Part shown: piece by piece, positions 22,034 through 31,298 of the stretch
Layout of the letters: each line of letters opens with the position of its first letter
Numbering within the stretch: the stretch's first letter is position 1
Source: Longimicrobiales bacterium
GTDB taxonomy: Bacteria > Gemmatimonadota > Gemmatimonadetes > Longimicrobiales > Gaopeijiaceae
NCBI GenBank assembly: GCA_965198065.1
Contig: CBDAON010000004.1
Coordinates: forward strand, 1,952,001 to 2,016,000
Reading direction: 5' to 3'
DNA: 64,000 bases
Notes under the pieces: model-generated
Told to the model about the DNA's origin: nothing
Databases searched by the model: none
The model's input: the letters and a program-made list of their open reading frames with translations, nothing else
Position numbers and translations under genes: made by a program

Positions 22034-22612
22034 ATGCCGCTCCTCTTCAAGGACCTCATTCCCGAGAACACGCACCCGCTGAACGTCGTCGAGATGGTGG
22101 ACGAGGCCGCCCTGGCGGCCTACGAGCTCGACCGGCCGCCGCTCTTCGAGGGTTACATGAGGATGGCGGAGGAGCTGGCCAAGCGAAGCACGTGCCGGCG
22201 TCTCGCGGTGGGAACCGTCATCACCGACCCTTCGCTTGAGAACGTCGTGGCGATTGGATACAACGGCAACGCGCGGGGCTTTCCGAATCGGTGCGACGCG
22301 CCGACACCGGGGGCGTGCGGGTGCATCCACTCCGAGATGAACGCGCTCGTCAAGGCGCCCGGACATCTCAGGGACAAGGTGATCTTCGTGACGGACTCGC
22401 CGTGCGTCATGTGCGCCAAGCTCATGGTGCAGGCTCAGGTGAGCCACTTGTACTACCGGCGGGCGTACCGCGAACCGGCGGGCCTCGACGTGCTCGCGCA
22501 GGGCGGGATCCTGGCGGTCCCGTACGCTCGATGGCAGAACGACTGGAAAGGGGAAGATGCGGCCGGGGCTCCGCACGCCGGTGCGGGCCGGAGGGGTAGG
22601 GCTAGCCCCTGA
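22034..22612 (+). CDS. dCMP deaminase family protein
   Basis: RSTC.R..VG, GYNG, IHSEMNA, SPCVMCAK zinc motifs. Confidence 0.88.
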   Translation: MPLLFKDLIPENTHPLNVVEMVDEAALAAYELDRPPLFEGYMRMAEELAKRSTCRRLAVGTVITDPSLENVVAIGYNGNARGFPNRCDAPTPGACGCIHSEMNALVKAPGHLRDKVIFVTDSPCVMCAKLMVQAQVSHLYYRRAYREPAGLDVLAQGGILAVPYARWQNDWKGEDAAGAPHAGAGRRGRASP

Positions 22613-23513
22613 CCGTGTCGATCAGCATCAATCCGAGCAGGAGCGGCTGGTAGGCCAGGGAAGCGAGAAAGACGCGCCGCACGGCCGCACGTTCCATTGC
22701 CCGGCTCGCCGCGATGGACCACCAGAGGAACCCTCCCCCGAGCACCGTCGCCCCGACGAGGTAGATCCCACCAGTGAGCCCGAGGGGCGTGGGAAGTAAA
22801 CTCACGGGCAGCAGGGCCGCTGTGTAGAGGACCATGTGCCCCCCGATTAAGCGACCCTCCGGATCCGCGGGCGGCATCATCAGAAACCCCGCGCGGGCGT
22901 AGTCCTCCCGGAGGAGCCAGGCGAGAGAGAGCACGTGCGGGATCTGCCAGAGGAAGGCGATCCCGAAGAGCACGAGCGAGCCGACGTCGACCCCGCCCGT
23001 GGCGGCGCTCCACCCGATGAGAGCAGGCATCGCCCCCGGGACTGCGCCGGCGAAGGTCGCGGCGTGCGACCGGGGCTTGAGGGGCGTGTAGACCAGGTTG
23101 TACGCCGCCACCGAGAGCAGGGTCAGGAGCGCCGGGAGCTGGCCCACGGTAGCCCAGAGGTGAGCGACGCCCCCCACGACCAGGAGGAGCCCGAAGAGCA
23201 GCGCGTCCCGCGGCCGGAGCCGGCCGGACGGGAGCGGGCGGGCTCGAGTGCGCTGCATAAGAGCATCGGCCTCGCGTTCCAGGTACTGATTGAGCGCCAG
23301 GGCCCCGGCGGTGGCGAGGACCGTGCCCAGGAGGGTATGGGAGACCGGAACGATGCCCGCATTCCCGGCGGAGGCGACGTAGTACGCGACCCCCGCGTTA
23401 ATCATGGCGAAGCCGGCGATCCCCGGCTTCGTCAGCTCGTAGTAGGCGCGGGCCCGGGATGGGGCGCGCTCCCGGACGGACGGCTCCCGACTGATTGAAG
23501 GGGGTAGACTCAC
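22602..23513 (-). CDS. cyoE: Heme O synthase (protoheme IX farnesyltransferase)
   Basis: ELTKP, NQYLERE.DALM.RT..RPLPSG, YTPLK, GAVPGAMP, WQIPH, EDYARAG. Start approximate. Confidence 0.93.
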   Translation of the reverse strand: MSLPPSISREPSVRERAPSRARAYYELTKPGIAGFAMINAGVAYYVASAGNAGIVPVSHTLLGTVLATAGALALNQYLEREADALMQRTRARPLPSGRLRPRDALLFGLLLVVGGVAHLWATVGQLPALLTLLSVAAYNLVYTPLKPRSHAATFAGAVPGAMPALIGWSAATGGVDVGSLVLFGIAFLWQIPHVLSLAWLLREDYARAGFLMMPPADPEGRLIGGHMVLYTAALLPVSLLPTPLGLTGGIYLVGATVLGGGFLWWSIAASRAMERAAVRRVFLASLAYQPLLLGLMLIDTVRG

Positions 23514-23713
23514 CGACTCGAGCGGCTGGCCGGGGGGGGGATGTGGTGGAGTATCGTCTCCGGGGGAGAGGAACTTGCTCCCACCCCGGGGTTGGCGCAA
23601 GCTCGGCCAGGTGGGTCGGGGACCCCCACCTCGTTCCGTGAAGTACAAGGGAGGGCGTGCTCCCGGTTCACCGCCGCTAGCCGCTCCCGCGACCCAAGGG
23701 AGCTCCAGACGCG

Positions 23714-24442
23714 ATGCCCAAGTCTACGAAGCCGCTGGAGACGTCTCAGACCGATGCGCAGCGTCTGGGCGTGAGGGCTCGGCGCTCCAGGGAGCGCCCT
23801 GTCTGGCGAGCCGGCTTTCTCGCGTCGCTCGTCGTCCACGCGCTGGTGTGGGTGTTCTTTCCCGCCGGAGAGGTCCTCTTGGTGGTGGCCGCGGGCGCGA
23901 ACGAGGGAGACTTAGCGGCTTCCCGGGGCATCAGCGAGCTTCTGCAGCTGACGTCCGCGCCTCCCGAGGCGGCCATACCTCTCGTGCCCGACATCGTCGT
24001 CGTGGAATTCGAGCCGGAGGTCTTCACGCCCGTACCGGTGCCCGACATCGATCTGACCCTTCCGGTGATAGAGACCCCGGGGTTTGGGAGCACCTTCGGT
24101 GTGGACGCCCAAGACCTCGGGCTCGCCGGGATCGTCGATGGGTTGGGCCTGGGGGCGGCCGGAACCGCTCCGATCGGAACAACCGGAAGGACCCCCCCGT
24201 CCCCCCGAGGGATGATCATGCCCCCGGCGAACCGGGATCTACGGGGACGCGAGGTCGAAGTGTGGGTGTTCGTGGACGAGGCGGGCCGTGTCGTCCCGGA
24301 CTCGACCCGGCTCGTTCCCCCCACCCCGGACCGCGGGTTCAACGAGCAGCTCCAGCAAGACGCCGCGCAGTGGGTCTTCGAGCCAGCTCGGGAGAACGGG
24401 CAGCCGGTCGCGGCCTGGTTTCCCTACACGATCGGGCTGTAA
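23714..24442 (+). CDS. TonB-like energy transducer (TM anchor + TonB C-terminal domain)
   Basis: SLVVH transmembrane motif, Pro-rich linker, VFVDEAGRV..WVFEPARENGQPV. Confidence 0.7.
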   Translation: MPKSTKPLETSQTDAQRLGVRARRSRERPVWRAGFLASLVVHALVWVFFPAGEVLLVVAAGANEGDLAASRGISELLQLTSAPPEAAIPLVPDIVVVEFEPEVFTPVPVPDIDLTLPVIETPGFGSTFGVDAQDLGLAGIVDGLGLGAAGTAPIGTTGRTPPSPRGMIMPPANRDLRGREVEVWVFVDEAGRVVPDSTRLVPPTPDRGFNEQLQQDAAQWVFEPARENGQPVAAWFPYTIGL

Positions 24443-24487
24443 TGAACCGCAGGTGGGTCCGGCCCTCCCGCTGCAGACGCGGCGGGA

Positions 24488-24902
24488 TCAGCCTGGCGCG
24501 GCTGGCTCGGCCGGCTGCTTCGTCGCCGTAAAGGTCCCGCCGGCCAGGCCGCCGATGTCCATCGTTCCACGCATCGAGGTCGCCGACTCGACGGTGCCCC
24601 CGGTAGGTGACGTTCAAGGGGGTGCCGAGGGCATCGATCGAGAAGGTGAAGGCGATCTTATCCCCCTGGACGGTCCCCCGGAGGTCCGCCTCTCCGAGGT
24701 TCGCCGACGAATAGTGGCCGGAGATCGAGTCGCCGACCTGCTCGAGCGTGACGGTCGGTGTTCCCGTGCCCACGTCCGTCGTCACGTCGAAGATCCATCT
24801 CCCGGACACGTTCACCGCTTGCGCTCCGAGCTCCCCTCCCCCCGAGGCGAGTCCGGCAGCCAGCGCCACCGCGACCGCCCATCTTGCGTATGTCTTTCGC
24901 AA
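24488..24902 (-). pseudogene. Secreted beta-rich hypothetical protein with a +1 frameshift
   Basis: Signal peptide, then VNVSGRW..GTPTVTL..VTYRG. Removing one base of the C5 run (24597-24601) continues TVESATSMRGTMDIGGLAGGTFTATK to a stop at 24488. Confidence 0.65.
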
Positions 24903-25066
24903 GCTCCACTCCCGACTCGTGCGGGTCGGGTGGGCGACATGCCCCGTCCCCCGAGCCCTCGGTCTCCTTTTACAGCCGAATGTCCTTTACGGCCAAACAT
25001 AAGGCGGCGCTCGATCTGCGACCACGTTCGCTCGAGTGCGCCTCCGGCACGGCCGGACCCCCTCCT

Positions 25067-25846
25067 TCAGCGACCTGCCAGGCCCCTAGCCAGGGCCTCT
25101 CGCTCCTTGGGAGCGAGGGGCCGTCCGCTCGAGCGCTCCCATGCCGCGAGGGAGTGGAGCAAACGGTAGCGCATCCACCGCTCGGCCCCCGGGCCCCAGC
25201 GGGTGAGCGCGCACCGATCTAGGTCGAGAACGTGGACCCCGGGCGGACTTGCTTCTACGTCCACGAGGATGTTCTTCGTGTTCAGGTCGCCGTGACGAAC
25301 GCCCGCTTTGGCGAGGGATCGAACGAGGCTTCCCGCCGCCTCGAGGGCGCCGGCCCGGAGCTCGGGCGAGGACGGCCCCGGGCCCTCGGCGAAGAGGAGC
25401 TCCCCCAGGTCCCGGGTACCCGGCAGCCGCTCGATCGCGAGGTCTCCGCGATAGAGCAGGCGCCCCCAGTAGACCACGGCGGCCACGACGCTCGGGGTCG
25501 CAATGGCCCGCTCGCGCAGCCACTCGCTCGCCGCCACCTCGACGAAAGGGCGGGGGCGGCGCGAGGCGAGGTAGCGATCTCCCAGGAGGGAGGCGACGGC
25601 GCCGCCCCTAACGTAATGCTTCACGACCCAGGAGCCGGCGCCGGTCGGAACCTCGAACAGCGCGGCGCGCCCGTGGAGCGTGGACCGCCCGCCCGCTGCC
25701 GCTCTGGCCTCCGAGTAGAGGGAGCCCGACCGATCTAGCACGCTCCGGACCCACTTTCGCGCGGGGGGCCTGACCCAGGCCACGGCCGACCCGATCTCGA
25801 TCGACTCGAATCCCTCAGGAGGCCGGGTCACCACCAGCCCAGTCAC
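25067..25846 (-). CDS. Kdo/WaaP-family lipopolysaccharide kinase (KdkA-like)
   Basis: GR.ALF, VVKHYVRGG, RPFVE, HGDLNTKNIL, VLDLDR. Confidence 0.85.
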   Translation of the reverse strand: MTGLVVTRPPEGFESIEIGSAVAWVRPPARKWVRSVLDRSGSLYSEARAAAGGRSTLHGRAALFEVPTGAGSWVVKHYVRGGAVASLLGDRYLASRRPRPFVEVAASEWLRERAIATPSVVAAVVYWGRLLYRGDLAIERLPGTRDLGELLFAEGPGPSSPELRAGALEAAGSLVRSLAKAGVRHGDLNTKNILVDVEASPPGVHVLDLDRCALTRWGPGAERWMRYRLLHSLAAWERSSGRPLAPKEREALARGLAGR

Positions 25847-25937
25847 GACCCGACCCCGGCGCGCGTGCGGTCCCGACGTCCCGACCCTCCCGGCGGCGAG
25901 GATTGCCTTGGCCCGGCCGACCCCTCCGAGATACTTT

Positions 25938-26215
25938 TAGCACGTCGCTGAAGGAGCACGGGGGATCTCGCGCAAGGGGCTTGCCCGGCGCGGACAAGGA
26001 AGAGCGACGATGACGATGTCCCAGCATCGGAGAGCGGTTCTAACGACGTCTCTGCCCGCAACTCCCTCGCGCCCTGTGGGTTACGGTGCCACGGGGTCGT
26101 CTCCGTCGTTGGTGCTCCTCGACGTAGCCCATGGCTATGCTTTCGGAGCGCCGGCTCGGAGCCGACCCCGTGGCGCACGTAATGCGGCCCCTCGTGCTCC
26201 TTCAGCGACGCGCTA
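25938..26215. mobile_element. 278-bp MITE-like structured element with terminal inverted repeats
   Basis: 27-bp terminal inverted repeats (25/27 match) starting with TA and ending with TA, two long internal hairpin arms, no credible ORF. Confidence 0.65.
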
Positions 26216-26221
26216 GCCCCC

Positions 26222-27796
26222 ATGGTCTTCACACGCACGTCCAAGCGCATTCTCTGGGTCGACGACGAGATCGAGCTTCTCCGTCCACACTGTTTGTTCC
26301 TCCAGCAAAAGGGGTACCACGTGGACGCGATCGCCAACGGAGACGACGCGCTCACGCTTCTCCGGGAGGAGCCGTACGATCTCGTTCTTCTCGACGAGCA
26401 GATGCCGGGGCGGCGCGGGCTCGAGGTGCTGGAGGTGCTCCGTCGGGAGGATCCCCATGCGCGCGTCGTAATGGTGACGAAGTCGGAGGACGATCGCACG
26501 ATGACTGAGGCGATCGGACGGCGCGTGGACGACTATCTGGTGAAGCCGACGAGCCCCCGACAGGTCCTTTCCGTTGTCACGCGCGTCCTCGAGGGCTCCT
26601 CGATCCGCCAGCAGCAGGTGGCGCAGGACTTCGCCGCCCGCTTCGCTCGCCTGAGCTCGCTCCGGGAGACGGCCGGGACCGCGTCCGAGTTTGCCGCGCT
26701 GTTCAGCGAGCTCACGGACTGGCACATCCGCCTCGCGGCTGCGGGGGAGCTGGGGCTTCTCGACTCGGTCAGCGCCCAGATGGACGATCTCCGAAAGGAT
26801 TTCGGTCAGTGGATCAAGGCAATCTACCCTCGCTGGATGCGTGGGGAAGGTGAGCCTCCGGTCCTCTCCACGGACCTCGTGGAGCGCTACGTGGTTCCCC
26901 TGCTCGGCGAGGATCCGGTCGTACTGGTCGTCCTGGACTGCATGCGGCTTGACCAGTGGCGGGTGATCCTTCCGCTTTTGAGCCCCCTCTTCGAGATCGC
27001 TGAGGAGACCCACTACTCGATCCTTCCCACGGCCACCCCGTACGCGCGCAACGCGATCTTCTCTGGCTGGTTCCCCGACAGGATTTCGAGGGACTATCCG
27101 AGCTGGTGGGGCGGACGTGAGGAAGAGGGAGGCATGAACGACTTCGAGGACGAACTCCTGGCCGCTCAGCTCGAGCGCCTCACGGGACGCAAGGTCCCCG
27201 TCCACTACGAGAAGGTATTCTCCGATCGGGAAGCCGAACGGTTGAGGACGCGGGTCAACTCCGCCTTGAAGACCGAGGGAGCGGTCATCGCCCTCGTCTT
27301 CAACTTCATGGACCTCCTGATCCATACGAGAAGCGAGTCTCCGGTCTTCCTGGAGATGGCGAGGGACGAGATCTCGCTCCGCGACCTGACGCGGTCATGG
27401 ATGGAGAGGTCGTCCCTGTATCAGCTGTTCGGCGAGGTCGCTCGGCAAGGTTACAGGGTCGTCGTCACGACGGACCACGGATCGATCCACTGCAATCGGC
27501 CGACCACCATTTATGCGCGGCGGGACGCGTCCTCCAACCTGCGTTACAAGTTCGGTCAGGATCTCCAGCCACAGGAGCTGGACTGCGTCTTCGCGACCGC
27601 GGATCCGGCCGACGTCCGCTTTCCGCCTGGACGCATGGGCACGAAGTACGTGCTCGCGCTCGAGGACTTCTTCCTCGTCTATCCCACCAAGCTGCGCGAG
27701 TACCAGAGTCGCTATCGGGGCGAGTTCCTGCACGGCGGAGTCTCGCCGGAGGAGATGATCGTGCCCGTGGCCACGCTCACCCCACGCCCGCGTTGA
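26222..27796 (+). CDS. PorX-like response regulator with PglZ/alkaline-phosphatase-family domain
   Basis: REC domain (WVDDE, LLDEQMPG, MVTKSE) plus PglZ motifs (LDCMRLDQW, ILPTATPYARNAIFSG, TTDHG, HGGVSPEEM). Confidence 0.92.
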   Translation: MVFTRTSKRILWVDDEIELLRPHCLFLQQKGYHVDAIANGDDALTLLREEPYDLVLLDEQMPGRRGLEVLEVLRREDPHARVVMVTKSEDDRTMTEAIGRRVDDYLVKPTSPRQVLSVVTRVLEGSSIRQQQVAQDFAARFARLSSLRETAGTASEFAALFSELTDWHIRLAAAGELGLLDSVSAQMDDLRKDFGQWIKAIYPRWMRGEGEPPVLSTDLVERYVVPLLGEDPVVLVVLDCMRLDQWRVILPLLSPLFEIAEETHYSILPTATPYARNAIFSGWFPDRISRDYPSWWGGREEEGGMNDFEDELLAAQLERLTGRKVPVHYEKVFSDREAERLRTRVNSALKTEGAVIALVFNFMDLLIHTRSESPVFLEMARDEISLRDLTRSWMERSSLYQLFGEVARQGYRVVVTTDHGSIHCNRPTTIYARRDASSNLRYKFGQDLQPQELDCVFATADPADVRFPPGRMGTKYVLALEDFFLVYPTKLREYQSRYRGEFLHGGVSPEEMIVPVATLTPRPR

Positions 27797-29649
27797 GCCT
27801 CTACCTCCGCATACTCGGGTACCTCGGGCCGTACCGTTGGGTCTTTCTGCTCTCGGTCCTCGCCACCTCGATTTACGCGGCGCTGGATGCCTTTTCGCTG
27901 GCGCTGCTAATTCCCTTCCTCCAGACGCTCTTCGCCGACGACGGTCCTGCGGCGGCCGGGACGACGGGCGCCGGTGCGTTCGACCTGGACCGACTCATGG
28001 AGATCACGCTCGGTCGATTCGTCGACCTGGCGGCCCCCCCGGACCAGGCGATGCGGGGGATCATCGTCTTTCTCCTCGTCGTGTTCCTGGTGAAGAACGT
28101 CTTCGACTACGTGCGGATCTACCTCGTCGCGTACACCGAGCAGGGCGTTACGAAGGACATCCGAAACGGCGTGTACGGCCACTTGGTCGAGCTGGACCTC
28201 ATCTTCTTCGGGCGGACACGGGTGGGTCAGATCGTGTCCCGCCTAACGCACGACGTCGAGCAGGTGCGGACCCTGGTCACGAAGGAGCTCGCGAGGATCA
28301 TCTCCTCGTTCTTCGAGATGGCTTGGGTGATCGCGTTCATGGTCGTGATCTCGTGGAAGCTCACACTCGTGGCGTTCGTCGTGCTTCCGGGCGTCGCCAT
28401 CATCTGGGGCCCCCTCCTCAGGCGCGTCAGGCGCGGCGACCGACGGGTGCTGGACCTCGCTGGGGACGTGAATAGCCACGTCCAGGAAACGATGGCGGGG
28501 ATTCGCCTGGTCAAGGCGTCGAGCGCCGAGGAGCACGAGCGGGGCCGATTCCGTCGCCTGACGCAGGACTACTTCAAGTCATTCGTCCGGACGGAGCGGT
28601 TCCGGGCTCTCTCGTCCCCGATCACAGAGTCCGTGGCCGCTCTGGGGACGGTGATCGTCCTCTGGTACGGGACCGGGCTGGTCCTTTCCGGTGGCGAGAT
28701 CTCGGGCGCGGAGTTCGTGGGCTTTCTCGGCCTCTCGATGAAGCTCTACGCGCCCGTGAAGTACCTGGGCAAGCTTCCCGCGATCATCCTGCCCGGCATC
28801 GTCGCCGCCGAGCGGGCATTCGAGTTCCTGGACGCGCCGGTGGAAGTCCGCGATCAGCCCGGGGCCCAGCCGTTCCCAGGCCTGGAGAGGGAGATCGTCT
28901 ACGACCGGGTGAGCTTCGAGTACCGCCCGGGGGAACGCGTGCTGTCGGACGTCAGCTTTCGGGCGCCGGCCGGGTCGGTCACCGCCCTGGTCGGGCCGTC
29001 GGGGGCTGGAAAGTCCACGCTCGTGGACCTCCTCGGCCGCTTCTACGACGTGACGGAGGGGCGGATTCTCGCGGACGGGAACGACATCAGGTGCTTCACG
29101 ATCCAATCGCTTCGTGCGTGCCTAGGAATGGTCTCGCAGGAGACCGTCCTGTTCCACGATACGGTTCGGGCCAACATCGCGTACGGCATGGAAGGCGTGC
29201 GTGAGGAGGCGATCGAAGCCGCGGCTCGCGCGGCGCATGCGGACCAGTTCATCTCCCGGCTTCCAAGCGGGTACGACACGATCGTGGGGGAGCGGGGCAC
29301 ACATCTCTCGGGGGGCCAGCGCCAGAGGATTGCCATCGCCCGCGCGATCCTGACGGACCCCCCGATCCTCATCTTGGACGAGGCCACGTCCGCGCTGGAC
29401 TCGGAGTCCGAGCGGCTGGTCCAGGCGGCCATGGAGCGCCTCTTCGAGGGGCGGAGCGTGTTCGTCATCGCGCATCGGCTCTCCACGGTGCAGCGGGCTC
29501 ACCAGATCCTGGTGATGGACGAGGGGCGGATCGTCCAGGCCGGCTCGCACGAATCGCTACTGGCCGAGGGCGGGCTGTACGGGCGCCTCCACCGCCTGCA
29601 GTTCCAGGGGGAGGGGGAGGTGACCGAGCCGGCCACCCGTAGAGTGTGA
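27793..29649 (+). CDS. msbA: MsbA-like ABC exporter
   Basis: TM domain plus GPSGAGKST, LSGGQRQR, ILDEATSALD. TTGA overlap with the upstream stop. Confidence 0.85.
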   Translation: MSLYLRILGYLGPYRWVFLLSVLATSIYAALDAFSLALLIPFLQTLFADDGPAAAGTTGAGAFDLDRLMEITLGRFVDLAAPPDQAMRGIIVFLLVVFLVKNVFDYVRIYLVAYTEQGVTKDIRNGVYGHLVELDLIFFGRTRVGQIVSRLTHDVEQVRTLVTKELARIISSFFEMAWVIAFMVVISWKLTLVAFVVLPGVAIIWGPLLRRVRRGDRRVLDLAGDVNSHVQETMAGIRLVKASSAEEHERGRFRRLTQDYFKSFVRTERFRALSSPITESVAALGTVIVLWYGTGLVLSGGEISGAEFVGFLGLSMKLYAPVKYLGKLPAIILPGIVAAERAFEFLDAPVEVRDQPGAQPFPGLEREIVYDRVSFEYRPGERVLSDVSFRAPAGSVTALVGPSGAGKSTLVDLLGRFYDVTEGRILADGNDIRCFTIQSLRACLGMVSQETVLFHDTVRANIAYGMEGVREEAIEAAARAAHADQFISRLPSGYDTIVGERGTHLSGGQRQRIAIARAILTDPPILILDEATSALDSESERLVQAAMERLFEGRSVFVIAHRLSTVQRAHQILVMDEGRIVQAGSHESLLAEGGLYGRLHRLQFQGEGEVTEPATRRV

Positions 29650-30539
29650 CGCGACCCACCCTCGGACATCGGCTCGAGTACCTCCTCTTTACCGTGGTGA
29701 CGGTCGTCCTTCAGCGGCTACCGGAGCGGGCCGCGCTCGGGGTCGGGGCGCTCGTGGGGTGGATCGCCGGGTCGGTCCTCAGGATCCGCCGTTCGGTCGT
29801 GCTCGAGAATCTGACGCGGGCGTTTCCGGAGGAGAGCGCGAGCTGGCGGAGGCGGGTCGCGACGGATACGTACCGCCACTTTGGGCGCGAGGGTGCTACC
29901 CTCTTCCGAATGCGACGCCTCGGCCCCGCCCAGATCCTGGAGCGGTGCGAGGTCGGTGGTCTGGACCTCCTCCGTCGCGCGATCGAGGAGGGCCGGGGCG
30001 TCGTGGCCCTCACCGGGCACCTCGGAAACTGGGAGATGGCAGGCGCGGCCACGGCGGCGAGCGGCTTCCCCGTGGACGTGGTGGCGAAGCGACAAGCGAA
30101 TCTTCTGTTCGACGCGTACGTGCGCGAAACCCGGGAACGGCTCGGGATGCGGGTCATTTACCAGACCGAAGCGCCCCACTCGGTGCTGCACGCCCTTCGG
30201 GAGCGACGTGTGGTCGCCCTCGTCGCGGACCAGAACGTCCTGACAGGAGGGTTGTTCGTCGAGTTCTTCGGTGAGGAGGCCTCGACGGCGCGGGGCCCCG
30301 CGGTGCTCGCGGCACGCGGCGGCGCGGAGGTGGCGATGATGATAAGCCGTCGCCTCCCCGGTCCCGCAGCGAGGTACTCCATGCGCTGGGTCCCTGTGAG
30401 CTACGAGCGGACGAGCGACCCGGACGAGAATGCGCGGCGTCTGCTGCGCGCGTATCATGCCTTACTGGAGGACGGGATCCGCGCCGCCCCCGAGCAGTAC
30501 TTCTGGCTTCACAAACGGTGGAAGACGCGGCCGAGCTGA
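29646..30539 (+). CDS. lpxL: Lipid A lauroyl/acyltransferase (LpxL/HtrB family)
   Basis: TGHLGNWE, LVADQ, FVEFFG, PEQYFWLHKRWK. Confidence 0.9.
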   Translation: MTRPTLGHRLEYLLFTVVTVVLQRLPERAALGVGALVGWIAGSVLRIRRSVVLENLTRAFPEESASWRRRVATDTYRHFGREGATLFRMRRLGPAQILERCEVGGLDLLRRAIEEGRGVVALTGHLGNWEMAGAATAASGFPVDVVAKRQANLLFDAYVRETRERLGMRVIYQTEAPHSVLHALRERRVVALVADQNVLTGGLFVEFFGEEASTARGPAVLAARGGAEVAMMISRRLPGPAARYSMRWVPVSYERTSDPDENARRLLRAYHALLEDGIRAAPEQYFWLHKRWKTRPS

Positions 30540-30554
30540 GATGGGAGCCCACAG

Positions 30555-31298
30555 GTGATCCACGTCGCCGTGCCAGTCCACAACGAAGACCGCACGCTGG
30601 GGGTCCTTCTGTGGAAGATCCGGAAGGTGATGAGGGGTTTCGGTCGAGATTATCAGGTGGTGGTCGTCGATGACGCGTCTGGCGATCGGACACCGGCCGT
30701 GCTGAAGCGGTACAGAGCGTTCCTCCCCCTACGGGTTCTCCGGACTGAGGCCCGCATGGGCTATGGGGTGGCGCTGGAGCGGGTGATTCGGGACGTGGTG
30801 GAGCGAAGTCGCTACCCGAAGCGGGACGTGGTGGTCACGATCCAGGGGGATCTGACGGAGGATCCCGAAGACATGGTCGCCATGGTCAAGATGATCGAGG
30901 GCGGGGCCGACCTCGTTGCCGGGGCGATGGAGGAGGGAGACCGCGTGCTCCCGCGACCGATACGCCTGGCTCGGCGCCTCGCCCGCCTCGTGGCCGGGGC
31001 GGTGCGACGCGCTCCCGTGAGCGATCCCCTCTCGGGCTTCCGCGCCTATCGCCTCATCGTGCTGAAGAGGGCGCTTCGGGACCGGGAGGAAGGCCGGCCC
31101 CTGTTCCAGTCGGACGGATGGGGCGCGAACGTGGAGCTCCTCGCGCTTGCCGCACCCCACGCGCGGCGCATCGAGGAGAGCCCGTTCCGCGTCTGGGTGG
31201 CCCGCCGCACCCGGCCTTCCCGTTTTCGTCCTGTGCAGAGCCTCGGCGCGCTCTTTCGCCTGCGCCGGACGTCCTGGCCGGGCCCCGCGGTGACCTGA
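30555..31298 (+). CDS. Glycosyltransferase family 2
   Basis: VPVHNE, VVDDASGDRT, IQGD, DPLSGFRAY. Confidence 0.85.
   Translation: MIHVAVPVHNEDRTLGVLLWKIRKVMRGFGRDYQVVVVDDASGDRTPAVLKRYRAFLPLRVLRTEARMGYGVALERVIRDVVERSRYPKRDVVVTIQGDLTEDPEDMVAMVKMIEGGADLVAGAMEEGDRVLPRPIRLARRLARLVAGAVRRAPVSDPLSGFRAYRLIVLKRALRDREEGRPLFQSDGWGANVELLALAAPHARRIEESPFRVWVARRTRPSRFRPVQSLGALFRLRRTSWPGPAVT

Noticed and set aside
25942..26125. c-di-AMP (ydaO) riboswitch, 6S or SRP RNA identity for the structured element
   Set aside because: Only CGCTGAA..GGGGGA resembles ydaO. The GUCAGCUAACC, 6S and SRP core motifs are absent.
26010..26216. 68-aa ORF inside the inverted-repeat element
   Set aside because: No recognisable protein features, and it is explained by the palindromic DNA.
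26222..27796. BREX defence system suggested by the PglZ domain
   Set aside because: REC-fused PorX architecture, with no brxC/pglX/brxL genes nearby.
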